Assembly (NCBI GenBank): GCA_959601025.1 | Contig: CAUGOD010000002.1 | Span: 6,173-70,172, forward strand | DNA from: an uncultured Oscillospiraceae bacterium | Lineage (GTDB): Bacteria > Bacillota > Clostridia > Oscillospirales > Acutalibacteraceae | Reading direction: 5' to 3' | DNA: 64,000 nt | Part shown: positions 37,441 through 46,211 of the stretch, piece after piece | Layout: each line of letters begins with the position of its first letter | Position numbering within the stretch: position 1 is the stretch's first letter | The notes under the pieces: model-generated | What the model was told of the DNA's origin: nothing | Database searches by the model: none | Seen by the model: the letters and a program-made list of their open reading frames with translations, nothing else | Translations under genes and position numbers: made by a program

Positions 37441-37475
37441 TGCTTTTTTGGGCGAAAGATTCTCGGGAGGAGCTC

Positions 37476-37865
37476 ATGGACGGAAAAAAGCCGCGCGTTC
37501 TCGGTCTGCGCCGGGGGGATATTCTTCTGGCGGCCGGACTCTGTGCCGTCGTCGTCCTCCTGTTCGGCGGCCGTGCCCTTTGGACTAAGCCGGGGACACA
37601 GGCGGTTTTGACCACCCCGGCGGGGGAGCGGACGCTCGACCTGTCGGCGGACGCTTCCTTTTCCGTCGAGGGGAAGGGGGGGATCGCCGTGGTGATCCGG
37701 GTGGAAAACGGCGCGGTGCGGTTTGAAAGCAGCGGCTGTCCCGACCAGATATGCGTACACAGCGGTTGGCTGAGGGACGCGGGGGATGCTGCCGCCTGTC
37801 TGCCGGCGGGGGTGGCGCTCCGGGTCGCCGGCGGGGAACAGCCGGTGGATGCGGTCGCCGGATAA
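37476..37865 (+). CDS. NusG domain II-containing protein (small membrane-anchored beta-domain protein)
   Basis: Start MDGKKPRVLGLRRGDILLAAGLCAVVVLLF with GGGAGG RBS. …VENGAVRFESSGCPDQICVHSGWL… is typical of NusG_II proteins that pair with Gx transporters. Confidence 0.6.
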   Translation: MDGKKPRVLGLRRGDILLAAGLCAVVVLLFGGRALWTKPGTQAVLTTPAGERTLDLSADASFSVEGKGGIAVVIRVENGAVRFESSGCPDQICVHSGWLRDAGDAAACLPAGVALRVAGGEQPVDAVAG

Positions 37866-37914
37866 CCGCTCCGCCTGTCGGGCGGAAATACGGATAAGCG
37901 AGGGGAACGCGGGA

Positions 37915-38430
37915 TTGGAACCGATCAAAAAGAACAGCCCGGCGAAGCGGGCGGCCCTGCTCGGCATCCTGTGTGCGCTGGCCGTGGCCCTGTCGTTTCT
38001 GGAAGGGCTGCTGCCCTCCCTGCCGGTTCCCGGCGCGCGGCTGGGGCTTTCCAACATCGTGACGATGTTCGCGCTCTCCACACCCGGTCTCGGCCTGCCG
38101 GCGGCGCTGGTCATCACCCTGGCGAAAGCGCTGTTCGCGCTGCTGCGGGGCGGAACCGCCTTCTTTATGAGCCTGTCGGGCGGCCTGCTCAGCACGCTGG
38201 TCATGGCGCTGGCATGGCGGGTTTTCCGCCGGCGCCTGAGCTTTGTCGGGATCGGCGTGCTCGGGGCGATCGCTCATAACGGGGGACAGCTTGGCGCGGC
38301 CATGCTGCTGTTAGGCCCCGCGCTTCTGGCCTACGCGCCCTGGCTGCTGCTCGCGGCGCTGTTCGCCGGCGCGGCGACGGGGATTACCCTGAACGTGGTC
38401 ATGCCCGCCTTGGAGCGGATGAATATATAA
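37915..38430 (+). CDS. Gx transporter family protein (heptaprenyl diphosphate synthase component-I-like membrane protein)
   Basis: Polytopic membrane protein …LLGILCALAVALSFLEG…GLSNIVTMFAL…GAIAHNGGQLGAAMLL…. Start uncertain; proposed TTG at 37915 with GAGGGGAA RBS. The track ORF begins upstream inside the previous gene. Confidence 0.55.
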   Translation: MEPIKKNSPAKRAALLGILCALAVALSFLEGLLPSLPVPGARLGLSNIVTMFALSTPGLGLPAALVITLAKALFALLRGGTAFFMSLSGGLLSTLVMALAWRVFRRRLSFVGIGVLGAIAHNGGQLGAAMLLLGPALLAYAPWLLLAALFAGAATGITLNVVMPALERMNI

Positions 38431-38527
38431 TAAAGGAAAAGAAGCGGCGCTTTCCCAGGGACGGGCTCCTTGCGGGGCTTCCCGGTGGGATGCGGCGCGC
38501 GATGATCCAGAAAGGCATGGTAATCCT

Positions 38528-39910
38528 ATGGCAACAGCGGAATTTGGCGGACCGGTCGGAAAGCCGATCGGGAACGCGAAGCGTCTGTGGCAGTCCCGGA
38601 CGCGGGGCGGCGTCCACGCTCCTCACCGGAAGAACACGGCGGAGAGTGAAACCGTGGTGATGCCGCCGCCCGAAAAGATTATTCTGGCGATGTCCCAGCA
38701 TCTCGGCGCGCCCTGTGTCCCGACTGTGAAGGTGGGGGACACGGTGGAGGTCGGCCAGGTGGTCGGGGACAGCGACAAGCCGGTTTCCGCCCCCGTCCAC
38801 AGCGGGGTTTCGGGAAAGGTGACGGCCATTACCGAGCTGCTCCTCCCCGGCGGACGGAAAACGCCGGCGGTGGTAATCGAATCGGACGGCGAGGGTCGCG
38901 TCCATGAGAGCGTGAAGCCGCCGGTGATCGAAAGCCACGACGACTTCCTCCGGGCGGTGCGGGCCTCCGGCCTGGTCGGCTTGGGCGGTGCGGGCTTCCC
39001 CACCCATATCAAGCTGAACCCGCGGGACGTGGACGCGATCGACACCCTCATTATCAACGCAGCGGAATGCGAGCCGTACATAACCGCCGACTATCGCGAA
39101 TGCATGGAGAATTCCTGGGATATTATCTCCGGCGTACAGTCGGTCATGGAATTCCTGGACGCCGCCCACGTCGTTATCGCGGTGGAGAGGAACAAGCCCG
39201 CCGCCATTGCCGAGCTGTCCAAGATCGCCCGCGGGGTCTCCACCCCGGAACGGACGGTGCGGGTGAAGGCGCTGCCGGCCCGGTATCCGCAGGGGGCGGA
39301 GAAGGTGCTGATTCAGGCCTGTACCGGCCGCCGGGTCCCGCCTGGCAAGCTTCCCTCCGACGTGGGCTGCGTGGTGATGAACGTGACCTCCGTCGCCTTC
39401 CTCTCCCGGTACTTCAAAACCGGGATGCCCCTGATCGACAAGCGGCTGACGGTGGACGGCTCGGCCGTCGCCTATCCCAAGAACGTGCGGGTCACGGTCG
39501 GCACCCCGATCCAGGACGTGCTCTCCTTCTGCGGCGGCCTCAAGCGGGAGGTTCGCAAGCTCCTGATGGGCGGCCCGATGATGGGGCTGGCGCTGATGGA
39601 CGCCGCCCTGCCGGTACTCAAGCAGAACAACGCCATTCTTGCTTTTGCGGAGGAGGACGCGCAGAGCGTTCCCGCTTCGGTCTGCATCCGCTGCGGCCGG
39701 TGCGTGGAGGCCTGCCCCATGCATCTGGTTCCTCCCTCCATCGCCGCGGCGTATAAGAACGGCGATACCGCCGCCATGGCGAAGCTCGGCGTGATGACCT
39801 GTATGGAATGCGGCTGCTGTTCCTTCTCCTGCCCCGCCCACCGCTATATCGTGCAGACGATGCGGATGGCGAAGGAGGCGGTCCGCAATGCGCCGAAGGA
39901 CGGAAAATGA
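38528..39910 (+). CDS. rnfC: Rnf electron-transport complex subunit C
   Basis: GGVHAPHRKNTAE N-terminal motif, NADH/FMN-binding region, two 4Fe-4S ferredoxin motifs (CIRCGRCVEACP, CMECGCCSFSCP). The start may lie downstream of 38528. Confidence 0.9.
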   Translation: MATAEFGGPVGKPIGNAKRLWQSRTRGGVHAPHRKNTAESETVVMPPPEKIILAMSQHLGAPCVPTVKVGDTVEVGQVVGDSDKPVSAPVHSGVSGKVTAITELLLPGGRKTPAVVIESDGEGRVHESVKPPVIESHDDFLRAVRASGLVGLGGAGFPTHIKLNPRDVDAIDTLIINAAECEPYITADYRECMENSWDIISGVQSVMEFLDAAHVVIAVERNKPAAIAELSKIARGVSTPERTVRVKALPARYPQGAEKVLIQACTGRRVPPGKLPSDVGCVVMNVTSVAFLSRYFKTGMPLIDKRLTVDGSAVAYPKNVRVTVGTPIQDVLSFCGGLKREVRKLLMGGPMMGLALMDAALPVLKQNNAILAFAEEDAQSVPASVCIRCGRCVEACPMHLVPPSIAAAYKNGDTAAMAKLGVMTCMECGCCSFSCPAHRYIVQTMRMAKEAVRNAPKDGK

Positions 39911-39940
39911 CCGCCCGGCCGTGTTGAGGGAGGAATCCGG

Positions 39941-40615
39941 ATGGGACTTTTTGATAAACGAAAAAGCCGGAAAAGGCAGCGGCGGGAATGCGGCGGCCCC
40001 GTGTGCTATGACGAGAACGACTGCGCGGCGCTGGAGGAATACATAGGAAATACCTTCGGATCGTTCTCCAACGTGTTCCATGAGATTGTTTCACCGGATA
40101 TCCATGTGGATATCGCCGTTGTCGAGCCTAACGAGCGGTTTGACGGCTATACGCTGGTGACGATGGGCATGGGCGCCCGCCGCATGAATATACCGGACGA
40201 CGCGCCGGAATCGCTGGCGTACGTCGAGCTGGCGGCCTACCTGCCGAAGGACTGGAATCTGAAGAGCGGGGAGGAGAGCTGGTATTGGCCGATCCGCTGG
40301 CTCAAGCTTCTGGCCCGGCTGCCCCTGAACGAGGATTCCTGGCTGGGCGCCGGCCATACGGTCGCCAACGGAGGCCCTTTCGCGGAGGATACCGCCCTGG
40401 ACAGCGTTCTTCTGATCGACGCCATAGCCCCGGGGAATGAGCTGGTTCTCCCCGGCGGAAGAAAGATCAATTTTTACACCATGGTTCCTCTGTATGAGGA
40501 GGAATCGGTGTACAAGCAGCGGTACGGCGCGGAGGCGCTGCTGTCCCTGTTTGAGGAAAAGCAGCTGCCGTTTCCCCCGGTTATTGACAAGAACCGACGA
40601 AACGTTTGCCAATGA
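39941..40615 (+). CDS. suppressor-of-fused (SUFU)-like domain protein inserted between rnfC and rnfD
   Basis: 224 aa: MGLFDKRKSRKRQ… …GYTLVTMGMGARRMN…WYWPIRWLKLLARLPLNEDSWLGAGHTVANGGPF… pattern of bacterial SUFU-like proteins. Strong RBS GAGGGAGGAA; 30 nt after the rnfC stop. Confidence 0.7.
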   Translation: MGLFDKRKSRKRQRRECGGPVCYDENDCAALEEYIGNTFGSFSNVFHEIVSPDIHVDIAVVEPNERFDGYTLVTMGMGARRMNIPDDAPESLAYVELAAYLPKDWNLKSGEESWYWPIRWLKLLARLPLNEDSWLGAGHTVANGGPFAEDTALDSVLLIDAIAPGNELVLPGGRKINFYTMVPLYEEESVYKQRYGAEALLSLFEEKQLPFPPVIDKNRRNVCQ

Positions 40616-40681
40616 ATTTGGCGTTCGGATACTTCCTGCCCGGATCGGGCCGGAAAAGCATAAAAAGGAGTGAACGGGTCG

Positions 40682-41623
40682 ATGGCTTCGACGGAAAAGC
40701 CTTTGATGATAACCTCGTCCCCCCACCTGCACTGCGGGATGAATACCCGCGGGGTGATGCTGGACGTGCTGATCGCCCTGCTGCCGGCGGCGGTAGCCTC
40801 CGTGCTGCTGTTCGGATGGCGCGCACTGGCGGTGGAGCTGGTCTGTGTCGCCTCCTGCATGGCGGCGGAGGTGCTCAGCCGCGCGGCGATGAAGCGGGAC
40901 CAGACGGTGGGCGACCTTTCCTGCGTCGTGACCGGGCTGCTGCTCGCCTTCAACCTGCCGGCGACTATGCCGCTGTGGCAGGCCGCCCTTGGCGGGGTGG
41001 TGGCGATCGTGGTCGCCAAGCAGATGTTCGGCGGGCTGGGGCAGAATTTTGTGAACCCGGCGCTGGCAGGCCGCATCGTGCTGATGGCGAGCTTCCCGGA
41101 AGCGATGAACAATTGGGTGGTGCCCCTGACCGGCACCGGCGCGGACGCCGTGACCGGCGCGACCCCTCTTGCCGGCGGGACGTATTCCCTGACCGAAATG
41201 TTTTTCGGTATCCGGGGCGGCTGCCTCGGCGAAACCTGCGCCATGGCGCTGATCCTCGGCGGGCTGTATCTGGTTATCCGCCGGGTGATTTCCCCGGTGA
41301 CGCCGCTGGTCTATATTGGTACGGTGTTCGTCCTCTCCTGGCTGTTGGGGGAGGATCCGGTGCGCCAGATTCTTTCCGGCGGTCTGATGCTCGGCGCGAT
41401 CTTTATGGCGACTGATTATACCACCTCCCCAATCAACAAGGCGGGCAAGGTGGTGTTCGCGCTTGGCTGCGGGGCGCTGACGGTGCTGATCCGCCGGTTC
41501 GGTTCCCTGCCGGAGGGCGTGTCCTTCGCCATTGTGATCATGAACATTCTGGTCCCCCTGATCGAGCGGGCGACCCGTCCCATCCCCTTTGGGGAGAAAC
41601 GGAGGCTGCGCCGTGAACAGTAA
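40682..41623 (+). CDS. rnfD: Rnf complex subunit D
   Basis: Polytopic; RnfD/NqrB-like (…SSPHLH…, …TGATPLA… FMN-attachment region). AAGGAG RBS 12 nt upstream of the ATG at 40682. Confidence 0.85.
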   Translation: MASTEKPLMITSSPHLHCGMNTRGVMLDVLIALLPAAVASVLLFGWRALAVELVCVASCMAAEVLSRAAMKRDQTVGDLSCVVTGLLLAFNLPATMPLWQAALGGVVAIVVAKQMFGGLGQNFVNPALAGRIVLMASFPEAMNNWVVPLTGTGADAVTGATPLAGGTYSLTEMFFGIRGGCLGETCAMALILGGLYLVIRRVISPVTPLVYIGTVFVLSWLLGEDPVRQILSGGLMLGAIFMATDYTTSPINKAGKVVFALGCGALTVLIRRFGSLPEGVSFAIVIMNILVPLIERATRPIPFGEKRRLRREQ

Positions 41624-42191
41624 GAGCCGAAAGAACATAAAGGATATTCTGATTTCCGCCGGTTCTCTTGCGTTGATCGCGGGCGTTGTAACGGCGGCTT
41701 TGGCCGGCACCAACGCGTTGACCAAGGACACCATCGCCCAGCGGAACGAGCAGGCTGAAACCGAGGCGAGACTTCAGGTGATCGATGCGGAAGCCTTTGA
41801 AAAGCAGACTTTGACCGACACGGACGGCAAGGAAGTCGTCTATTACGCCGCCAAAAAAGGAGAGGAAACGGTGGGCTATGTGTTCACCGTGAGCTCGACC
41901 GGCAAAAGCTCCGGGCTGGTGGTGATGACCGGCATCGCCGCCGACGGGAAGGTGACCGGCGTGACTGTCACCGACGACAACGAAACCGCCGGTTATGTGG
42001 ACAAGGTGAAAAAGGGCGGACTGTTTGACGCGTTCCGGGAAAAGGCCGCGGCGGACGGCGGCTTCACCCTCGGGGAGGATGTCGACGGTATCTCGCAGGC
42101 CACCAAAACCTCCCGCGGCGTGACCGACGGGGTCAATAAAGCGGTCGCCTATTATCGGCAGATTACCGGCGGGACAGGGGGAGAGGAATAA
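41613..42191 (+). CDS. rnfG: Rnf complex subunit G (FMN-binding)
   Basis: GTG start after GGAGG. N-terminal TM segment plus FMN-binding domain (…GYVFTVSSTGKSSGLVVMTGIAADGKVTGVTV…DGISQATKTSRGV…). Confidence 0.8.
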   Translation: MNSKSRKNIKDILISAGSLALIAGVVTAALAGTNALTKDTIAQRNEQAETEARLQVIDAEAFEKQTLTDTDGKEVVYYAAKKGEETVGYVFTVSSTGKSSGLVVMTGIAADGKVTGVTVTDDNETAGYVDKVKKGGLFDAFREKAAADGGFTLGEDVDGISQATKTSRGVTDGVNKAVAYYRQITGGTGGEE

Positions 42192-42887
42192 ATGGCAAAA
42201 GCATACTTACAGACCTTTACCAAGGGGCTTGTCCGGGAAAACCCGGTCCTCCGTCTGGTGCTGGGCACCTGCCCCACCCTCGCGGTCACAACGGCGGCGA
42301 TGAACGGGCTGGGGATGGGTGCGGCCGCCACCTTCGTACTGGTCTGCTCCAACATCGTGATTTCCCTGCTCCGCAAGGTGATCCCCGGCAAGGTGCGGCT
42401 TCCCGCCTTTATCGTGGTCATTGCCGGCTTCACCACCATCGTGCAGATGCTGGTGAAGGCTTACCTGCCGGATATCGACAAGGCGCTGGGCATCTACCTG
42501 CCCCTGATCGTGGTTAACTGTATCATCCTCGGCCGGGCGGAGGCGTTCGCCAGCAAGAACAGCGTCGGGCTTGCGGCGCTGGACGGACTGGGGATGGGCG
42601 CGGGCTTTACTGCCGCGCTGATCATCATGGGCGGCATCCGTGAATTTCTGGGCAACGGCACCCTCTTCGGCTGGCCGGAAGGCGGACTGATCCCGCCGAT
42701 CACGATTTTTATCCTGCCGGCTGGCGGATTCTTTGTGTTCGGAATGCTGATCTGGCTGACCAACAAGCTCTCGGTACGGATGGAGCGCGGCGAGACCCGC
42801 CGCGAGACGGCGTCCTCCGTCTGCGCCGTCTGCCCGAGTGCGGCTGCCTGCGGACGGAGCGGGAAGGAGGGCGGCTGCCATGAATAA
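42192..42887 (+). CDS. rnfE: Rnf complex subunit E
   Basis: MAKAYLQTFTKGLVRENPVLRLVLGTCPTLAVTT…, canonical RnfE/NqrD. Its 3' end overlaps the rnfA start. Confidence 0.85.
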   Translation: MAKAYLQTFTKGLVRENPVLRLVLGTCPTLAVTTAAMNGLGMGAAATFVLVCSNIVISLLRKVIPGKVRLPAFIVVIAGFTTIVQMLVKAYLPDIDKALGIYLPLIVVNCIILGRAEAFASKNSVGLAALDGLGMGAGFTAALIIMGGIREFLGNGTLFGWPEGGLIPPITIFILPAGGFFVFGMLIWLTNKLSVRMERGETRRETASSVCAVCPSAAACGRSGKEGGCHE

Positions 42888-43467
42888 CACCGGCCTGTTT
42901 GCCATTCTGATCGGCGGGCTGCTGGTCAACAATTTTGTGCTGTCCCAGTTCCTCGGCATCTGCCCCTTCCTCGGGGTGTCCAAAAAGCTGAACTCGGCGG
43001 TCGGCATGTCCCTCGCGGTCATCTTCGTCATGCTGATGGCGACGGCTGCGACCTGGCCGATCTATACCTACATCCTCGTGCCGAACGACCTGACCTATTT
43101 ACAAACCATCGTCTTTATCCTGATTATCGCGGCGCTGGTACAGCTGGTGGAGATCGCCCTCAAGCGCTTCGTACCGCCGCTTTACAATTCGCTGGGCATT
43201 TACCTGCCCCTGATCACCACCAACTGCGCCGTGCTGGGCGTGACCATCCTGAACATCGACAGCGGGTACGGCTTTGTGCAGTCGCTGGTCAACGCGCTGG
43301 GCGCGGGCGGCGGTTTCCTGCTGGCAATGGTGATGTTCGCCGGGGTGCGGGAACGGCTGGAAAGCGCGGATATTCCAGAAGGGCTGAAGGGGCTGCCGAT
43401 CACGCTGGTGTCGGCGTCCCTGGTGTCGGTGTCCTTCCTCGGCTTTCAGGGCCTGTTCGGCCTGTAA
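42880..43467 (+). CDS. rnfA: Rnf complex subunit A
   Basis: MNNTGLFAILIGGLLVNNFVLSQFLGICPFLGVS…, canonical RnfA/NqrE. The track ORF is N-extended by 14 codons. Confidence 0.85.
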   Translation: MNNTGLFAILIGGLLVNNFVLSQFLGICPFLGVSKKLNSAVGMSLAVIFVMLMATAATWPIYTYILVPNDLTYLQTIVFILIIAALVQLVEIALKRFVPPLYNSLGIYLPLITTNCAVLGVTILNIDSGYGFVQSLVNALGAGGGFLLAMVMFAGVRERLESADIPEGLKGLPITLVSASLVSVSFLGFQGLFGL

Positions 43468-43522
43468 TCCCCCGGTCCGGGCCGGAACGCGGCCCGTGTC
43501 TGCGAAAGGATGAACGATTTCT

Positions 43523-44335
43523 ATGAATTCGATTATACTGGCAATTTTGATCCTCGCGGGGCTGGGGCTGGCCGCGGGCCTGGTACTCGCGGTCGCTTCG
43601 GTCGTGATGGCGGTGCCGCGGGACGAGAAGGCGGAGGCGCTGCGGGACGTGCTCCCGGGCGCGAACTGCGGCGCGTGCGGCTATTCCGGCTGCGACGGCT
43701 ACGCCAAGGCGATGGCCAACGAGGGCGCGGCAGTCGGCCTCTGCTCCCCCGGCGGCGCGGCGGTGGCTCAGGCGACGGCGAAGATTCTCGGTGTGAAAAG
43801 CGACGGGGTGGAAACCCGCACCGCGCTGGTCCGCTGCGGCGGCTGTGAGGAGTTCACCGCCCGGAAGCTGGAATACCGCGGACTGAGCTCCTGCGTGGCG
43901 GCGAACCAGTTCTACGGCGGCGACTGGCTGTGCATGTACGGCTGTCTCGGCCATGGGGACTGCAAGGCGGTGTGCGAATACGGCGCGATCTCGGTGGAAA
44001 ACGGGTTGGCGCGGATCGACCCGGCCCTCTGCCGCGGCTGCGGGCTGTGCGTGAAGGCCTGCCCCAAGCATTTGATCGAGCTGGTGCCCGGATCAGCCAA
44101 AGGCGTGGTGCGCTGCTCCAGCCACGATAAGGGCGCGGCGGTGCGGAAAGCCTGCTCCAAGGGTTGCATCGGCTGTATGAAGTGCACCAAGGTCTGCGAG
44201 CACGACGCGATCCATGTGGAGAACTTCCTCGCCTCCATCGACAAGACGAAATGCGTCGGCTGCGGCGCGTGCGCCGATACCTGTCCGGTGGGCTGCATCA
44301 CGATTTTTGGCAGGGAACCGGCTGCGGCGGAATAA
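43523..44335 (+). CDS. rnfB: Rnf complex subunit B (ferredoxin-type)
   Basis: N-terminal TM helix, Cys-rich region (CGACGYSGCDGYA) and multiple 4Fe-4S motifs (CRGCGLCVKACP, CIGCMKCTKVCE, CVGCGACADTCP). Confidence 0.85.
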   Translation: MNSIILAILILAGLGLAAGLVLAVASVVMAVPRDEKAEALRDVLPGANCGACGYSGCDGYAKAMANEGAAVGLCSPGGAAVAQATAKILGVKSDGVETRTALVRCGGCEEFTARKLEYRGLSSCVAANQFYGGDWLCMYGCLGHGDCKAVCEYGAISVENGLARIDPALCRGCGLCVKACPKHLIELVPGSAKGVVRCSSHDKGAAVRKACSKGCIGCMKCTKVCEHDAIHVENFLASIDKTKCVGCGACADTCPVGCITIFGREPAAAE

Positions 44336-44410
44336 GACGCGCTTTGCGGTTTTGTTCCGGCCTTTTCCCGGGAAATCAAGCGGAAAAATCCGAAAATCTC
44401 AATTTTAATC

Positions 44411-44440
44411 TTGACAAATCCATGGCCCATACTATATAAT
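44411..44440 (+). promoter_or_regulatory. sigma-70-type promoter for the tRNA cluster
   Basis: TTGACA (44411-44416), 16-18 nt spacer, TATATAAT (44433-44440). Lies ~35 nt upstream of the first tRNA. Confidence 0.55.
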
Positions 44441-44472
44441 AAACTGCGCCTTGGTTAAAGGCGCTTTTTATG

Positions 44473-44549
44473 GCGGTATAGCTCAGTTGGCTAGAGCATG
44501 CGGTTCATACCCGCAGTGTCGTTGGTTCAAATCCGACTACCGCTACCAT
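44473..44549 (+). tRNA. tRNA-Met (CAT), elongator type
   Basis: GGCGGTATAGCTCAGTTGGCTAGAGCATGCGGTTCATACCCGCAG…CGCTACCA. Anticodon loop TTCATAC. Cloverleaf consistent; closely resembles Bacillus elongator tRNA-Met. Encoded CCA. Confidence 0.85.
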
Positions 44550-44553
44550 TTTG

Positions 44554-44627
44554 GCCCGATGGTCAAGCGGTTAAGACACCGCCCTTTCACGGCGGTAACA
44601 CGGGTTCGATTCCCGTTCGGGTCACCA
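44554..44627 (+). tRNA. tRNA-Glu (TTC)
   Basis: GGCCCGATGGTCAAGCGGTTAAGACACCGCCCTTTCACGGCGGTAACACGGGTTCGATTCCCGTTCGGGTCACCA. Nearly identical to Bacillus tRNA-Glu. Confidence 0.9.
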
Positions 44628-44647
44628 CGCAGCGGCGCTGCGTTTAC

Positions 44648-44724
44648 GGGCGTATAGCTCAGCTGGTTAGAGCGCTTGCTTCACACGCAAGAGGTCAGCG
44701 GTTCGAGTCCGTTTACGCCCACCA
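44648..44724 (+). tRNA. tRNA-Val (CAC)
   Basis: GGGCGTATAGCTCAGCTGGTTAGAGCGCTTGCTTCACACGCAAGAGGTCAGCGGTTCGAGTCCGTTTACGCCCACCA. Anticodon loop TTCACAC. Confidence 0.85.
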
Positions 44725-44729
44725 AAAAA

Positions 44730-44761
44730 GCAGCCCACACAAACCGTGTGGGCTGCTTTTT
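44730..44761 (+). terminator. Rho-independent terminator after the tRNA cluster
   Basis: GCAGCCCACAC-AAACC-GTGTGGGCTGC followed by TTTTT. Confidence 0.75.
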
Positions 44762-44966
44762 CGCGTGCGGAGACGGATTCACGGCGAGGGCATTAACGGC
44801 CTGCGGAGCAGGAAGCCGGGGACCGGCCATTCGAGTCTGCTGTCTTTTCTCTTTGGAAGCCTGGGTTGCTTTGTGCGAATTCTCCGCGGTGTGGAACGGT
44901 TTGCTTCGCCCGACGTGAAAGGATAACCGCAAGGGAATCCCGGCCGGCAGGCCCTGAGTCGTCCCC

Positions 44967-46061
44967 TCAGCGCACAACCTCCGTAATCGTTCCCCCGCCG
45001 AGTACGGTATCCCCATCATACAGCACAACCGCCTGTCCCACGGTGATGGCCCTCTGCGGCTCGTCAAATTCCACGTGTATCGTACCGTCGTCCAATGGCC
45101 GGACGGTTGCCCATTGCTCCGCCTGGCGGTAGCGAATTTTGGCTTTTGTCCGCAGGGAAGGCGCTGGGGCGTCAAAGGCAATCCAATTCACATCCCCGGC
45201 AATCAGCCCTTTGGAATACAGCAGGTGTTCATCGCCCACCGATACGGTGTTTTTCTCCATATCCTTGTCATACACATAGACAGGCTTTCCCATGGACAGC
45301 CCAAGGCCCTTGCGCTGTCCAATGGTATATCCAACGGCGCCGCTGTGTTTCCCGACAGCGGCGCCGTTTTCGTCAAGGAAGACGCCGTCGGGATAGGGTT
45401 TGCCCCTATACTGCTCCATAAACTTACCATAATCGCCGTCCGGCACAAAGCAGATATCTTGGCTGTCCGGCTTATCGCAATTCAGAAACCCCTGCTGCCG
45501 GGCGATCCGCCGGGTTTCCCTTTTATACATCGTACCGAGGGGAAACAGGGTGTGTCTCAGCTGATCCTGTGTCATGGCGTAGAGGACATAGCTCTGATCC
45601 TTTGACGAATCCAAAGCCTTTTTTAAAAGGAACCGGCCGTCCTGCTCTTCAATCCGGGCATAATGGCCGGTAACGACATAGGTATATCCCAATTCTCTGG
45701 CCCGGCGGTAAAGACGATCAAACTTCAGATAGCGATTGCAGTCTATACACGGATTCGGCGTCGCCCCGGACTCATATGCCGCAATAAAACGGCGGATAAC
45801 CTGTTTCCTGAAATCAGCGGAAAAATTAAAGACATAGTAAGGGATACCCAGCCGAAACGCCACGCTTCTTGCGTTTTCAACATCCTCCAGAGAACAGCAG
45901 GCTTTTTGCCTGTCCATTCCCATATCTTCGTTGTAAAACAGCTTCATCGTAGCGCCGATGCAATCGTATCCCTGCGTTATCATCAAATAAGCGGCAACGC
46001 TGGAATCCACGCCGCCGCTCATGGCGATAATGGCCGATTTCGTATTCTTGTCCATAGGCAT
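44967..46061 (-). CDS. mnmA: tRNA 2-thiouridine(34) synthase
   Basis: PP-loop SGGVDSS and MnmA-wide similarity (…CIDCNRYLKFDRL…, …DQSYVLY…). Confidence 0.9.
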   Translation of the reverse strand: MPMDKNTKSAIIAMSGGVDSSVAAYLMITQGYDCIGATMKLFYNEDMGMDRQKACCSLEDVENARSVAFRLGIPYYVFNFSADFRKQVIRRFIAAYESGATPNPCIDCNRYLKFDRLYRRARELGYTYVVTGHYARIEEQDGRFLLKKALDSSKDQSYVLYAMTQDQLRHTLFPLGTMYKRETRRIARQQGFLNCDKPDSQDICFVPDGDYGKFMEQYRGKPYPDGVFLDENGAAVGKHSGAVGYTIGQRKGLGLSMGKPVYVYDKDMEKNTVSVGDEHLLYSKGLIAGDVNWIAFDAPAPSLRTKAKIRYRQAEQWATVRPLDDGTIHVEFDEPQRAITVGQAVVLYDGDTVLGGGTITEVVR

Positions 46062-46211
46062 CGTTCCAAACCATCTTTAATTTAAAATATTGGTCTGTCA
46101 ATTCGGACGGAAGGCAGGGATAAGCGGCCTTTCTGCGCTGCGGGGCGTTTCCCCTTTGGAGCTCCCTTTGACGCCGGCAGCCGTATACGGCGGTTCGGCT
46201 GACAAACTCTT

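Noticed and set aside
42192-42887. Cys-rich C-terminal tail of RnfE (…CAVCPSAAACGRSGKEGGCHE) as a possible extra metal site
   Set aside because: This tail is the region overlapping the rnfA start in another frame. It is most likely incidental sequence before the stop, not a conserved motif.
44340-44470. Possible T-box or riboswitch leader before the tRNAs or mnmA
   Set aside because: The region holds a clean sigma-70 promoter and a short hairpin only. No specifier/T-box or known riboswitch consensus recognised by eye.
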